A stretch of DNA of 60,148 nucleotides, filler included, from Sphacelaria rigidula (Eukaryota), in NCBI GenBank assembly GCA_964200075.2. It is 8 parts of 8 records of this genome, joined end to end, with 100 filler letters (N's around TTAATTAATTAA, not from the genome) between each part and the next. Parts side by side here need not be neighbours in the genome. Positions count along the whole stretch, not along the records: positions 52,719 to 60,148 come from CAXNAA020014958.1; 7 more parts are not named here. One strand, 5' to 3'. A program made the position numbers and the translations under genes. Under the pieces are notes generated by a model that was not told the origin of the DNA, did no database searches, and was given only the letters and a program-made list of their open reading frames with translations. Numbering within the stretch: the first letter of the stretch is position 1; every line of letters starts with the position of its first letter. Shown here one piece after another: positions 60,097 to 60,148 of the stretch.

Positions 60097-60148
60097 CCAA
60101 ACTGCTCCCAAGGACAACAACCACCACCAAAGGAAAAAAAAAGAGTGA

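Overview
Eukaryotic, repeat-rich DNA, most likely from a brown alga or related stramenopile. This taxonomic call is an inference from the ~50% GC, the GT-AG multi-exon genes with TE-filled introns and the TE repertoire. The window is not one locus. It is eight contigs (7432, six of 7431, and 7430 bp) joined by identical 100-bp spacers (44 N + TTAATTAATTAA + 44 N), so adjacency across a spacer means nothing. Host genes, all partial and on the minus strand: a PGPGAY (sperm-tail PG-rich) repeat exon, a 4-exon Kelch + coiled-coil + FN3/Tudor-like protein, the 3' exons of a DEAH-box RNA helicase with an RGG tail, and a cyclin with probable upstream exons. Mobile DNA dominates: an APE-RT LINE family, an RTE LINE, a tRNA-derived SINE, a second ~510-bp SINE-like family, a long-TIR foldback element, a deleted piggyBac, and Gypsy and Copia remnants. 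Three observations stand out. (1) An HP1-like ORF (chromodomain + hinge + chromoshadow-like) lies in a contig of decayed, unidentified compact ORFs that looks like a large mobile element. (2) A 7.4-kb unit bounded by ~70-bp TIRs contains only a Copia fragment and a near-complete Gypsy with both LTRs clipped. (3) A LINE and a SINE-like family share an ATGAGTA 3' end and sit next to C-rich tracts instead of poly(A). All domain calls are by-eye motif recognition; no database searches were run.
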